Shown here in pieces: positions 1 through 9,578 of a stretch of DNA of 64,000 bases. How positions within the stretch are numbered: position 1 is the first letter of the stretch; each line of letters starts with the position of its first letter. The stretch comes from Myxococcota bacterium. GTDB taxonomy: Bacteria > Myxococcota_A > UBA9160 > SZUA-336. A program made the translations under genes and the position numbers. Under the pieces are notes generated by a model. The model did no database searches, was not told the DNA's origin, and saw only the letters and a program-made list of their open reading frames with translations. The stretch lies in NCBI GenBank assembly GCA_965247115.1, contig CBDFGR010000003.1:192001-256000 (forward strand). Reading direction: 5' to 3'.

Positions 1-443
1 GAGGAGGCGACGAGAACCGGGCTGCCCCTGCCCTCGACGAGCTCGCGGCGCAGACGCCGGTTCTCTCGACGCAGCTGCTCGCGCTCCTCCGCCTTGCGGA
101 TGGTGAGCAGCAGCTCGTCCGCTTGAAACGGCTTGGAGAGAAAGTCATACGCTCCCCTGCGAACCGCGTCGAGCGCTTGATCGACCTCCGCGAAGGCCGA
201 CATCATCAGGATCGTGGCGTCCGGCTGCAGGCGAAGCAGGTCGGGCAGCAGCTCGAGGCCGCTCCGCCGCGGCATGCGAACGTCGCAGAGGACAACGTCG
301 AAGCGCTCCGCGCGGGCGAGCTCGAGCGCGTCCGCGGCGCATTCGGCGGTCCGTACCGCGTAGCCCTCCCCTTCGAGGATTAGCCGGAGACTCGTGCGGA
401 TACCGTCCTCGTCATCAATGATCAGGATGCCGCGCTGGCTCAT
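1..443 (-). CDS. pilR2: Sigma54-dependent response regulator PilR2, N-terminal part (truncated by window edge)
   Basis: Not in the ORF track. Manual translation from ATG 443 gives a receiver domain (MSQRGILIIDDEDGIR...VVLCDVRMP...AYDFLSKPF). Follows a kinase after pilD, as in the Myxococcus pil cluster. Confidence 0.8.
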   Translation of the reverse strand, partial: MSQRGILIIDDEDGIRTSLRLILEGEGYAVRTAECAADALELARAERFDVVLCDVRMPRRSGLELLPDLLRLQPDATILMMSAFAEVDQALDAVRRGAYDFLSKPFQADELLLTIRKAEEREQLRRENRRLRRELVEGRGSPVLVAS

Positions 444-1941
444 GCTCGCCCTGCGTATCGGCGCAGGGCAAGACGAGCCTGACACAAGTCTGGCCGGGCT
501 CACTCTCCGCCTCGAGCTGTCCGCCGAGAAGCTCCGAGAGGCGGTGAGCGTTCGACAGCCCCAGCCCCGTGCCTTCGCCGGGCTCCTTCGTGGTGAAGAA
601 GGGGTCGAAGATCTGGGGCAGCAGTCCCGGCTCAATGCCGGGTCCGTTGTCGTGCACCTCCAGCGCCACGGCGCCCGGCTCGCGCTGTGTCAGAAAGCTG
701 CTGGCGCCCGAATCGCCTCGTCTCCGGCTCGGCGCAGTATGCAGGTGGGTTCGCTGCGCGTGCAGCCCGATGCGGGCATCCTCCTGTCCTCTCACGGCGT
801 GCGCCGCGTTCTCGATCAGGTTGACCAGCACCTGTTCGACGCGCCGGGCGTCGACCTCGACGTCGGGCAGGTCTTCCTCGCTCGAGAGCTCCAGCGAGAT
901 TCCTTCGAGGAGCGGCTGCGCTCGGACGCGCTCCGCTACCCTCTCGAGCAGGACGGAGGGTGCGTGCAGCCCGGGCTCGATCGCGTCCGAACGGGAGAGA
1001 TCCAGCATCTCGCGCACCAACCCCCGGATCCGCAGCGCCTCGTCGCGGGTCCGGGTCGCCATTTCTCGGCTCTTGGGAGACAGCTCCGAGTCCCGCAAGG
1101 TCACCTCGGAGTACCCCAGTACAGCAGCGACGGGATTTCCGACCTCGTGTGCCACGCCGGCCGCCAGCTGCCCCAGCGTCGCCAGCCGCTCGCTTCTCGT
1201 GAGTGAGGTCCGGGCCCGCGTGAGCGCCGCGTTCTCGCGGGCCAGGGAGTCCGCCATCCGGTTGAAGTTCCCCGCGAGGTCTCCGAGCTCGTTCGAGTCG
1301 TCGACGGGGATCCGAGCGCTGAGATCCCCGCTTGCAATGCGTCGGGTTCCCGCGGACAGAACGCGCAGGGGCAACACGATGCGGCCGCGCAGCAGGTACG
1401 TGCCAAACGCGACAAACACCGTGGCAGCGATCAGGAGTACCCAGGCGCTGGACCAGAGCAGCGGTACCAGTCTGGCCATGAGTCGCTCGCGGCTTGCGAC
1501 CCCCACGAGAAAGCCACGCTCTCCGCTGGGGCGGGTGAGACGCACGACGAGAACGACATCTCCCAGTGGGATGCCACCCTGCTCGACGACTTCCGAGCCG
1601 CGTTGAGCGGCGTCGAACAACTTTGCGAACTCGTCCGAGGGGCTGCGCGGTGGACCGAGCCCGAGCTCCCGGCCCTTCGCGTCGAAGACACGGAAGCTAC
1701 CACCGACCGTATCGGGCCTCTGAGCCCGCGCGACGGGAGCCAGGTCTGCCAGGCGGTGGCTCTCCCTCGGCAGGCGCTCGATGAAGCGCGCCCCCATGCG
1801 GAGCCGCTCTAGCGCCTCGCTCTCGACCAGGCGGGCCGTCTGGCCGCTGAACACACCCGCCACGATCGCCAGCCCCGCGAGCATCACCACGAACAGGCTC
1901 ATGACGATCTCGAGCTGGAGGCCGCCGAATCTTCGCTTCAT
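415..1941 (-). CDS. pilS2: HAMP-domain sensor histidine kinase PilS2
   Basis: Two TM segments, HAMP, H-box AHEVGNP, N-box NLIENA, G-boxes DNGPG/GTGLGL. Start moved to the ATG overlapping the pilD stop (ATGA). Confidence 0.85.
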   Translation of the reverse strand: MKRRFGGLQLEIVMSLFVVMLAGLAIVAGVFSGQTARLVESEALERLRMGARFIERLPRESHRLADLAPVARAQRPDTVGGSFRVFDAKGRELGLGPPRSPSDEFAKLFDAAQRGSEVVEQGGIPLGDVVLVVRLTRPSGERGFLVGVASRERLMARLVPLLWSSAWVLLIAATVFVAFGTYLLRGRIVLPLRVLSAGTRRIASGDLSARIPVDDSNELGDLAGNFNRMADSLARENAALTRARTSLTRSERLATLGQLAAGVAHEVGNPVAAVLGYSEVTLRDSELSPKSREMATRTRDEALRIRGLVREMLDLSRSDAIEPGLHAPSVLLERVAERVRAQPLLEGISLELSSEEDLPDVEVDARRVEQVLVNLIENAAHAVRGQEDARIGLHAQRTHLHTAPSRRRGDSGASSFLTQREPGAVALEVHDNGPGIEPGLLPQIFDPFFTTKEPGEGTGLGLSNAHRLSELLGGQLEAESEPGQTCVRLVLPCADTQGEHEPARHPDH

Positions 1942-2735
1942 CCCAGCGTGAGACCGGCGAAACCGCGCGTCACCGCGCCCGGTGCGAATAGCTGCACGAG
2001 GGCAGCGCCCGCCAGTGCCGGACCGAAAGGGATGCGCGTGAGGCGACCCGCACCGCGAAAGGCGATCAGGAAGAGTCCCCAGGCCAGGCCGAGCAGAGAG
2101 CCGAGCACGATGATCTCGAGCGCAGGCTGCAGCCCGAGAAACGCGCCCAGCATCGCGACCAGCTTCACGTCTCCCATCCCGAGACCGATCTGCCCGCGCA
2201 GCCGCTCGTAGGCCGCGGAAAGACCCCACAACATGCCGCCGGCAATCACCAGTCCGAGCAGCGCGTCGACAAGTGTCGGACCGGGTACCAGCCACGCAAG
2301 CGCGAGACCGAGTGGGATCCCGGGATACGTGATCTCATTCGGGATGATCCGGTGGTCCGCGTCGATCAAGCTGACCGCGACCAGCGTGGAGGCAAGCAGC
2401 CAGTCGACGAGGAGCCGCGGCCCGGGACCCACTTCGAGCCAGCGCAGCATCAGCAGCGCAAAGAGCGCAGCGGTCGCCGCCTCGACGAGCGGATAGCGGA
2501 TGGAGATCGGAGTCTTGCAGCGTCGGCACTTGCCGTGCAGAAATAACCACGAGACGATCGGGATGTTTGCCCACGCGGGGATCGGATCCCAGCAGACGGG
2601 ACAGCGCGAGCCCGGGTGAATGAGCGACTCGCCGTGCGGGAGCCGGTACGCAACCACGTTCAGGAAGCTACCCACGCACGCCCCGAGGAGGAGGGACGTC
2701 ACAACCAGCATTGGCGCGGGGAACTCAGCAAGCAC
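1938..2735 (-). CDS. pilD: Prepilin peptidase
   Basis: GSFLNVVAYRLP, two CxxC motifs, GMGDVKL, IPFGPAL. Confidence 0.95.
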   Translation of the reverse strand: MLAEFPAPMLVVTSLLLGACVGSFLNVVAYRLPHGESLIHPGSRCPVCWDPIPAWANIPIVSWLFLHGKCRRCKTPISIRYPLVEAATAALFALLMLRWLEVGPGPRLLVDWLLASTLVAVSLIDADHRIIPNEITYPGIPLGLALAWLVPGPTLVDALLGLVIAGGMLWGLSAAYERLRGQIGLGMGDVKLVAMLGAFLGLQPALEIIVLGSLLGLAWGLFLIAFRGAGRLTRIPFGPALAGAALVQLFAPGAVTRGFAGLTLG

Positions 2736-2791
2736 GTGGGCTTCCCGGCGGCGCGGCGCGGCCCTTCATGGTTCAGACGATAGCTACGACG

Positions 2792-3568
2792 CTACCGGAA
2801 GTCTCGCCGCTGAAACAGCAGCATGGACGCGAGCATGAGCCCGAGGGAGTACAGACACGCATAAAGAGCGCCCATCACGATGCGGGCTGTCTCGATCGCG
2901 TTGCCGGCGGAGGCGTCCGCCTTCAAGTCGAGGCGATCGAGATTCGGAAGCGACCAGTACAGTGCCTCCGTGACCGCCTTGACCGCACCCAGCTCGGACT
3001 TTCCACCGAACGCGCGCAGGTCGGACAGGAGATGACCCATGATCCAGAGCGCGAGCGTGAACATCCCTGCCAGGTAGGGTGTCGTAAAGCTCGTGAAGAA
3101 CATTGCCACCGCCGTGACGAGCGCGAGCTCCGCGAAGATGAACGCGATCCCCCACAGCAGCGGCGCGTCGACTTGGCCGCCCTTGAACTGGAGCAGGCCC
3201 ACGAAGCACGCCGTCATGAGCCCCACCTCCAAGGCGAGCAGGGTCAGCAGACCGAAGTACTTCCCCGCCATGAACTCCCAGCGGCGCACGGGCTTCGCCA
3301 GAATGGTGTAGACGGTGCGCTGGGAGATCTCTCTATAGACGAGGTTGATGCCGACGAAGATCGCCACCAGAACGCCGAAGAACGCGATCGTGGAGAGCCC
3401 GACGTCCCGGTAGATGCGGTTCTCGTCACCAATGTGGAGCCCCGCGAGCAAGATGGAGCTCGCGATCATGAGCCCGGCGAACATCAGCAGGTTGTAGAGC
3501 AGCTTGTCGCGGATCGCCTCGCGATAGGTATTTCTGGCAAGCGCCCAGACCCGGCCCAGCGAGCTCAT
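2792..3568 (-). CDS. pilI: ABC transporter permease PilI
   Basis: Multi-TM protein (ARNTYREAIRDK...), overlaps the ABC ATPase stop, position within pil cluster. Confidence 0.85.
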   Translation of the reverse strand: MSSLGRVWALARNTYREAIRDKLLYNLLMFAGLMIASSILLAGLHIGDENRIYRDVGLSTIAFFGVLVAIFVGINLVYREISQRTVYTILAKPVRRWEFMAGKYFGLLTLLALEVGLMTACFVGLLQFKGGQVDAPLLWGIAFIFAELALVTAVAMFFTSFTTPYLAGMFTLALWIMGHLLSDLRAFGGKSELGAVKAVTEALYWSLPNLDRLDLKADASAGNAIETARIVMGALYACLYSLGLMLASMLLFQRRDFR

Positions 3569-4497
3569 GCGGCGCCCTCCCCTTCGATACCCTTGACCAG
3601 CAGGTCCTCGAGGCTGCGTCGCTTCGGCACGAGGCTCCGGATCCTGCCCGAGGCCTGGCGAACGCTATCGAGGGCCTTCTCGGCTTCGGCCTCGTCCGCA
3701 AACTCGAACAAGAACCGCGGTCCCTGTACGACGGCGCGTTGGGCGCTCGTGGCCAGCTCCTCGTACAGCTCCTCGCTGATGCCCTCTACCACCAGCTCCG
3801 CACCGGACAACTCCTGGCCGAGGAGCTCCTCGAGATAGCCTTGCTGCACGATCGTACCGCCCAGCAGGATCGCCACTTGATCGCAGATCACCTCCGCGTC
3901 CTGCAGGATGTGCGAGGTGAAAAAGATGGTCTTGCCCTCGTCGCGAAGGGCCAGAATGAGATCGCGTACGTCCCTACGCCCCAGCGGATCGAGGCCGGAC
4001 ATCGGCTCGTCGAGGATCACGATCCCCGGATCACCCACCAGCGCCTGGGCGAGACCGGCGCGCTGGCGCATGCCCTTCGAGTAGCGGCGAATCTGACGGT
4101 CGGCGGCGTCGTGAAGACCGACACGGTCGAGCAGCTTGGGGATACGCTCGCGCCGTACTTCGCGCGGGATGCTCAGCAGCGAAGCGTGGAAGTCGAGGAA
4201 CTCACGCGCTGTCAGGTACTCGTGGAAGAAGGTGCCCTCGGGCATGAAGCCGAGACTCGTGCGACTCTGCGGCTTCGAGACGGGGATCTCGCGGATCCAG
4301 GCCTCCCCGGCGCTGGGTAAGATCAGGCCTGTCAGCATCTTGATGGTCGTCGTCTTCCCCGCGCCGTTGGGTCCGATGAAGCCGAAGATCTCGCCCTTGG
4401 CAATGTCCAGATCCAGCTCGCGAACCGCGACCACGGGACGCATCCAGAAGCCGGTTCGAAACACCTTCTTCAGACCCCTTGCTCGAATCTCGCTCAC
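3565..4497 (-). CDS. pilH: ABC transporter ATPase PilH
   Basis: Walker [10 protein letters not shown], signature YSKGMRQR, Walker B ILDEP. Confidence 0.9.
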   Translation of the reverse strand: MSEIRARGLKKVFRTGFWMRPVVAVRELDLDIAKGEIFGFIGPNGAGKTTTIKMLTGLILPSAGEAWIREIPVSKPQSRTSLGFMPEGTFFHEYLTAREFLDFHASLLSIPREVRRERIPKLLDRVGLHDAADRQIRRYSKGMRQRAGLAQALVGDPGIVILDEPMSGLDPLGRRDVRDLILALRDEGKTIFFTSHILQDAEVICDQVAILLGGTIVQQGYLEELLGQELSGAELVVEGISEELYEELATSAQRAVVQGPRFLFEFADEAEAEKALDSVRQASGRIRSLVPKRRSLEDLLVKGIEGEGAA

Positions 4498-4510
4498 CTC
4501 TGGGTCCTCA

Positions 4511-5371
4511 CTATTCCCTCACCCGAAGGAGCTCGTGCTGCATCGAGCTCACCGCGCTGCCGGCCTCGATGCGATACGGGTTGCCCTCGGGGTCGTACGG
4601 TTCGCGGGCAAGGAAGCCCGCGCTGACCAGCGCCCCGACATCTTCCGGAACGACCCCTTGCTCGCCTTGATAGGCGGCGATCGCCGCATCGATGCGTGCG
4701 AGATCGCGTGTGATCCAGAGATCGAGGAGCCGGGCCTCGAGGTCCTTCCGGATCTCCGGATGCTCCTCCTGCTCGAGCCGCGTCTTGAGGAAGGCCATCG
4801 CTGTTTCCGGATCGCCTCCGTGCGCGTAGAGGCGCGTGGCGAGCAGCGGCAGGTAGGGAGGACCACCGCGCTTCGCGGCCTCCTCGATCCAGCGCGCCCC
4901 CTCCACGTAGTCCGCCTTCTCCATGAAGTAGTTGAAGCCCAGCAGGAAGTAGATCCGCCAGTAGTCGCTATGCCGGGAGCCCTTCTTTAGCAGTCGGATC
5001 GCAGCATCCGGGTCCATGCGCAGCCCGCTCAGGACCGAGTTCATGAGCACGTAGACGCCGGAGAAGTATGGATCGATGTCGGTAACGAGATGGGCCAGTC
5101 GCTCCGCATCCGGATAGTTCACCAGAGCCGAGCGCTCATCGCCCACGTAGTAGACCGTGCGTAGCCAGAACAAGTCGGCGACGAGCCGCTCGAAGCCCAG
5201 GGAGAGCGTACGTACAGCCTTACCATTCGGCAGAGGTCCAACGTCCCCAGCCGCTGCGCGCTCTCCGGCGTAGCCCTCCAGCCTGACGTTGGTTTTGTGC
5301 ACACCCCAGGCCGTGAGCGCAATCGCCACGCAGAGGGCCACCTCCAGACGGTATCGCCTGCTCCTAGCCAC
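4511..5371 (-). CDS. pilG: PilG-like pilus accessory protein (N-terminal TM, helical repeats)
   Basis: LGFERLVADLFWLR motif; lies between pilA and pilH as in Myxococcus. Confidence 0.7.
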   Translation of the reverse strand: MARSRRYRLEVALCVAIALTAWGVHKTNVRLEGYAGERAAAGDVGPLPNGKAVRTLSLGFERLVADLFWLRTVYYVGDERSALVNYPDAERLAHLVTDIDPYFSGVYVLMNSVLSGLRMDPDAAIRLLKKGSRHSDYWRIYFLLGFNYFMEKADYVEGARWIEEAAKRGGPPYLPLLATRLYAHGGDPETAMAFLKTRLEQEEHPEIRKDLEARLLDLWITRDLARIDAAIAAYQGEQGVVPEDVGALVSAGFLAREPYDPEGNPYRIEAGSAVSSMQHELLRVRE

Positions 5372-5378
5372 GGTGCGT

Positions 5379-5406
5379 CGATCGACAGGGGTCCGGCACT
5401 TCTTGA
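5379..5406 (-). promoter_or_regulatory. Weak candidate sigma28-type promoter for pilG
   Basis: Minus strand TCAA-N16-GTCGATCG ending 8 nt before the GTG start. Confidence 0.3.
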
Positions 5407-5422
5407 GTCGAGGCGCCGAGGA

Positions 5423-5522
5423 CTAGAAGACGGTCAGTCCGTTGGCGGGATCGTCACAAGGATCGCCAACGATGTCCGACCTGCCCTCACCCGCGTTCGG
5501 GCGGAGGTGGAACTTGATGAGG
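5423..5522 (-). pseudogene. Internally deleted pilA-like remnant
   Basis: One frame reads IKFHLRPNAGEGRSDIVGDPCDDPANGLTVF*, matching PilA LKFQLRSKAGEGK and PCDNANFGLEVF*. 5482-5515 matches 6074-6107 at 28/34 nt. Confidence 0.75.
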
Positions 5523-5551
5523 GGCTCTCTCGTCGTGGGCAGTGAGAGATC

Positions 5552-5593
5552 GCCGAGATGGGATCCGGGACGATGTCCCGGATCCCATTCGGC
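5552..5593 (-). terminator. Stem-loop downstream of pilA
   Basis: Perfect 14-bp stem ATGGGATCCGGGAC-gat-GTCCCGGATCCCAT, extendable by GCCGA/TCGGC; no strong U tract. Confidence 0.7.
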
Positions 5594-5612
5594 ATTCGGG
5601 CTCCGCGAGGCT

Positions 5613-6221
5613 CTAGAAGACCTCCAGGCCGAAGTTCGCGTTGTCACAAGGTCCAACCTGATGCTGCATGGCGACGGCCGCACCCGTGGTCTGGGTGAGC
5701 TGACGGTTCAGCACGGTCGTGCAGCCCAGCGTCGCGCCGATCGTGAAGTTGTTCTTCAGATCGGGCTTCTGCAGGCCCCAGATGTTCAGCGTTCCGTCAC
5801 CGTCGATGTCCGAGTTGCCGACGGCGAAGAACTGGTTGCTCGGGGGCGGGGCGTTCGTGGCAACGATGTAGTTAAAGTACACGTCGCCCTCCGGCTCCCA
5901 ACCGATGAAACAGTAGCCCGGATCGCCGGCCTGCGGCGGCGAGTTCGGACAGACGGTCCAGGCCGCCTTCTGCGAGTTGGGCGCTCCAGCCAGGGTCTGG
6001 CCCCAGTTCTGGAAAGTTCCGAGCTCTGCAAAGTAGGCTTCCTGCGCCGTGCGGATCGCGGCCAGGTTGAGCTTGCCCTCGCCCGCCTTCGATCGCAGCT
6101 GGAACTTCAGGAAGTTCGGAATCGCGATCGCCGCCAGAATCCCGATGATCGCCACGACGATCATCAGCTCGATCAGGGTAAACCCCTGCTTCTTCTTGAG
6201 CTTGTTTACCAACGAAATCAT
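5613..6221 (-). CDS. pilA: Type IVa major pilin
   Basis: Class III signal KKQG|FTLIELMIVVAIIGILAAIAIPNF; four Cys; GAGGAG RBS. Confidence 0.95.
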   Translation of the reverse strand: MISLVNKLKKKQGFTLIELMIVVAIIGILAAIAIPNFLKFQLRSKAGEGKLNLAAIRTAQEAYFAELGTFQNWGQTLAGAPNSQKAAWTVCPNSPPQAGDPGYCFIGWEPEGDVYFNYIVATNAPPPSNQFFAVGNSDIDGDGTLNIWGLQKPDLKNNFTIGATLGCTTVLNRQLTQTTGAAVAMQHQVGPCDNANFGLEVF

Positions 6222-6316
6222 GTTGTCTCCTCAGTGACAGATCTTTTCTGGAAACCCTATGGGCGGGCGCTGCCAGAAGTGCCCGTCACTCGTGTTTCGG
6301 TTGCGCTTCCGACAGG

Positions 6317-6333
6317 AGCAAGGCGCGTGCCGG
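6317..6333 (-). promoter_or_regulatory. Sigma54 -24/-12 promoter of pilA
   Basis: Minus strand CGGCACGCGCCTTGC (GG-N10-GC), ~100 nt upstream of pilA. Confidence 0.8.
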
Positions 6334-6441
6334 GGCCTCCTGCCGCCCCACGCGTGGGCAGGGGCCGATCAAGCCGGAGGGCGCTGCTTCGGAGAGGGGG
6401 TGTTGCACCGTGGCGAGGCGGAGCTCGCGTAGTTGCCCATT

Positions 6442-6479
6442 GTGACGCTTCGCGGAACGCGAGTGACGCATCCCGTCAC
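6442..6479. promoter_or_regulatory. Candidate PilR upstream activating sequence
   Basis: Palindrome GTGACG-N5-CGTCAC (6463-6479) plus a second GTGACG 21 bp away, ~110-145 bp upstream of the sigma54 site. Confidence 0.5.
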
Positions 6480-6500
6480 CCGGACGACCGACCCAGGCGC

Positions 6501-7868
6501 TCAGTCGGAGTTCAGACCGAGCTTCTCGAGCCGGTAGCGGAGCGAACGAAAGCTGACGCCGAGCAGCTGCGCGGCCTTCTTCTTGACCCCGCCCGAGCGC
6601 TTGAGCGCCTCCTTGATGAGCCCGCTCTCGAATGCGCAGATCATCCGGTCGAGGTCGACGCCTTCCTCGGGTATCTGCTCAGACGGCTCGGGACGCGATC
6701 CCTCGAGCACGGTGGTCGGCAGACACTCGAGGTCGATACGGTCGGCACTGGAGAGGGTCAGGGCCCGCTCCACGATGTTCTCGAGCTCACGCACGTTGCC
6801 CGGGTAGTGGTACGCCTCCAGCGCGGCCAGTGCCTCCGGAGCGATCCCCGTCATGCCTCTTCCCAGCTCGAGGGCGTACTTGCGGGTGAAGTGGTGGATC
6901 AGCTCGGGGATGTCCTCCGCCCGGTCCCGGAGCGGCGGGAGGCGGATCTCGATCACGTTCAGGCGATAAAAAAGGTCCTCGCGGAAGCGACCGTCGCGCA
7001 CGTCCTCTTCGAGCATGCGGTTCGTGGCGCAGATGATTCGCACGTCGACCCGGATGTCCTGAACCCCTCCGACTGGTTTGAACGTCCGATTCTGGATCGC
7101 GCGCAGCACCTTGACCTGGAGCTGGAGCTGCATCTCGCCAATCTCGTCGAGAAAGAGGGTCCCTCCGTCCGCCGCTTCGAACAGCCCCTCCTTGTTCGCC
7201 GTGGCGCCAGTGAACGAGCCCTTGATGTGTCCGAAGAGCTCGCTCTCCAGCAAGTTCTCGGGAATGGCGCCGCAGTTCACGGCGACAAAGGCCTGCTCCC
7301 GGCGTCCCGAAAGCGAGTGGACGGCGCGCGCGATCAAGTCCTTGCCCGTGCCGCTCTCGCCCGTGATGAGCAGATTCGTCTTGCTCGTCGCCACCTGGCG
7401 TACGAGCGCAGAGACCTCCACCATCCCGCGACTGCGACCGAGGACTTCTGGTAAGGAGGTGTGCTCGCTGAGCTGACGACGCAAGCGCACGTTTTCGCTG
7501 GAGAGATCGCACTTCTCCAGCGCCTTCTCGACGACGAGCCGGATCTCGTCCACCGCACAGGGCTTGGTCAGGTAGTCGTAGGCCCCGTGCTTCATCGCCT
7601 CCACGGCCGACTCGGTCGTGCCGTACGCGGTGATCAACACGAGCAGGGTGTGTGGCGAGGCCTCCTTGACGTGGTCGAGCAGCTCCAGGCCCGTCATGCC
7701 GGGCATCTGGATGTCGCTCAGAACGAGCTCGAAGTCATCGGATTCGAGGGCGAGAATCGCCTCTCCGGCAGATCCACACACGACGACGTCGTGTCCCTCG
7801 CGCCGCAGCAGGATTTCCAGGAACTCCTGCATACTCGTCTCGTCATCAACTACCAGGATCCGTGCCAC
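6501..7868 (-). CDS. pilR: Sigma54-dependent response regulator PilR
   Basis: Receiver, GESGTGK, GSFTGA, C-terminal HTH SFRSLRYRLEKLG. Confidence 0.92.
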   Translation of the reverse strand: MARILVVDDETSMQEFLEILLRREGHDVVVCGSAGEAILALESDDFELVLSDIQMPGMTGLELLDHVKEASPHTLLVLITAYGTTESAVEAMKHGAYDYLTKPCAVDEIRLVVEKALEKCDLSSENVRLRRQLSEHTSLPEVLGRSRGMVEVSALVRQVATSKTNLLITGESGTGKDLIARAVHSLSGRREQAFVAVNCGAIPENLLESELFGHIKGSFTGATANKEGLFEAADGGTLFLDEIGEMQLQLQVKVLRAIQNRTFKPVGGVQDIRVDVRIICATNRMLEEDVRDGRFREDLFYRLNVIEIRLPPLRDRAEDIPELIHHFTRKYALELGRGMTGIAPEALAALEAYHYPGNVRELENIVERALTLSSADRIDLECLPTTVLEGSRPEPSEQIPEEGVDLDRMICAFESGLIKEALKRSGGVKKKAAQLLGVSFRSLRYRLEKLGLNSD

Positions 7869-7922
7869 AAGGCTCCTACTCCGTCTCGAACTGAATCGGC
7901 AAGCGCGGAATGTCGCTTAAGG

Positions 7923-9536
7923 TCATCCGCTCGGCAGGAGGACGCGCACCCGAGTGCCCTCCCCCTCCGTACTGCTCACCGAAAGCTCGCCTCCGTGCGC
8001 CTCCACGACGCGGTGTACGGTTGCGAGCCCGAGCCCCGTCCCCTTGGGCCGCGTCGTGAAGAAGGGCTCGAAGACCCGTTCGAGGATGTCTGAGGGAATT
8101 CCGGAGCCCTGATCGATCACCTCGACTAGCACGCTCTCGCTGTCCTCGGACGGAATGCCGTGCTGAACTTCACCGTGCACGAGCACGCGGCCGTCCCGAG
8201 GCTCGGACTGGACCGCGTTCAACACGAGGTTCCAGAACACCTGGCGGAGCTGATCGGGATCTCCCTTCGTGCACACCTCGTCGGGAATCTCGAGGTCGAG
8301 CCGGGCCCCGCTGTGCTCGTCCGCCTCCAGTAGCTGGCGAATCTCGTCCATGAGGTCGCGCAGCGCCACGCGCTCGACCCGACCTTCTCCGGGCCGCGCG
8401 TAGCGCAGAAAGTCGCCCACCAGACGGCTCAGGCGCTCGGTCTCCCGCTGCACGATCTGCGTGAGTCGCTCGTCGCTCTCCTCGCCGGGAGGTAGATCTG
8501 CGAGCAGCAGCTCGATTGCTCCCGAGAGCGAGGCCAGCGGGTTGCGAATCTCGTGAGCCATTCCCGCTGCGAGCTGACCGACGGCGCTCAACCGCTCGCT
8601 GCGCCGCAGCCGCTCCTCCATCTCCACGATCTGCGTGAGGTCCTGAAATACGAGGATCGCGCCAACCTCGTAACCGTCAGAATCCCGCAGGGCCGAGATC
8701 GACATCCCCAGGTGGGCGTCCTGCTCATCGCGACCTCGGAAGCGCACCTGCAGGCGCGTTCCCTCGCGCTCCTGAGGCAGCGTCGGAAACAGCTCCGCGA
8801 GCGTTGGGAAGAGGTCCCCGAGCGGCTTCCCGATGATCTCGGAGGCAGCGTAGCCGGTAATGCGCTCGGCCTCTGCGTTGAAGGACATGATCTTGTCGTC
8901 GCGGTTGACGGTCAGGAGGCCGCTGGAGACGTTGTCGACGATGCGACGATAGAGCTCGGCCAGCTCGTGCAGCTCCTGGCGGCCGGTCTGAACCTGGACC
9001 GCGAGCCGCCGTGACAGCAATGCCGTGAACAGAAACGCCACCGAGTGCAGTCCGACAACGGTCAGCGCGGCAGGCGTGCTGATGACAACCTGCTGGTCGA
9101 ACGGGGGCAGCCAGGCCCCGGCCTCGCCGACCACGATCAGCCCGAAGCCCAGCATCGCGCTGAGGCAGGCGAACAGCGCACCGCGCTCTCCGGCCGTGAC
9201 CGCCGCGTTTACGATCCAGATGATGTACAGGAACTCGAACAGAGATGCCGAGCCGCCCGTGCAGTAGACGAGCCCCGTGATCAGACAGCCGTCGCCGACC
9301 AGCTCCACGGTGTGGCGGCGGGCGAAGCCACCGTGCGCGGCGAGCGCGGCATAGGCCAGGCTCAGCAGGAAACCTGCCAGCACGAGGGCGTAGAGGGCCG
9401 TCAGCTCGCGATCGGAGTACGAGGCCCCGCCGCGAACCTCGATCAGCACGGCAAGGACGAAGATGGCAGCAATCGCAACGAGCCGCGTTGCGAGAGCCTT
9501 GACCGATTCCGCCGAGCGTCGGTGTTGCGCGTCCAC
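7923..9536 (-). CDS. pilS: Sensor histidine kinase PilS
   Basis: About 6 TM segments, PAS domain, AHEIRNPL, G-boxes; directly upstream of pilR. Confidence 0.9.
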   Translation of the reverse strand: MDAQHRRSAESVKALATRLVAIAAIFVLAVLIEVRGGASYSDRELTALYALVLAGFLLSLAYAALAAHGGFARRHTVELVGDGCLITGLVYCTGGSASLFEFLYIIWIVNAAVTAGERGALFACLSAMLGFGLIVVGEAGAWLPPFDQQVVISTPAALTVVGLHSVAFLFTALLSRRLAVQVQTGRQELHELAELYRRIVDNVSSGLLTVNRDDKIMSFNAEAERITGYAASEIIGKPLGDLFPTLAELFPTLPQEREGTRLQVRFRGRDEQDAHLGMSISALRDSDGYEVGAILVFQDLTQIVEMEERLRRSERLSAVGQLAAGMAHEIRNPLASLSGAIELLLADLPPGEESDERLTQIVQRETERLSRLVGDFLRYARPGEGRVERVALRDLMDEIRQLLEADEHSGARLDLEIPDEVCTKGDPDQLRQVFWNLVLNAVQSEPRDGRVLVHGEVQHGIPSEDSESVLVEVIDQGSGIPSDILERVFEPFFTTRPKGTGLGLATVHRVVEAHGGELSVSSTEGEGTRVRVLLPSG

Positions 9537-9578
9537 GTCGGTCAGATTCTCGCGGGGCGCCGAGCCAACCGCAGCGCG

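Noticed and set aside
5423..5683. 86-aa ORF as an expressed mini-pilin
   Set aside because: It starts out of frame inside pilA, crosses the terminator hairpin and has no prepilin signal; only its last ~33 codons are pilin-like.
5442..7454. 670-aa plus-strand ORF, and similar long ORFs at 9045-10868, 8725-10536, 33598-35472 and 51119-53047
   Set aside because: Shadow ORFs overlapping well-supported genes in high-GC DNA, with no recognisable motifs.
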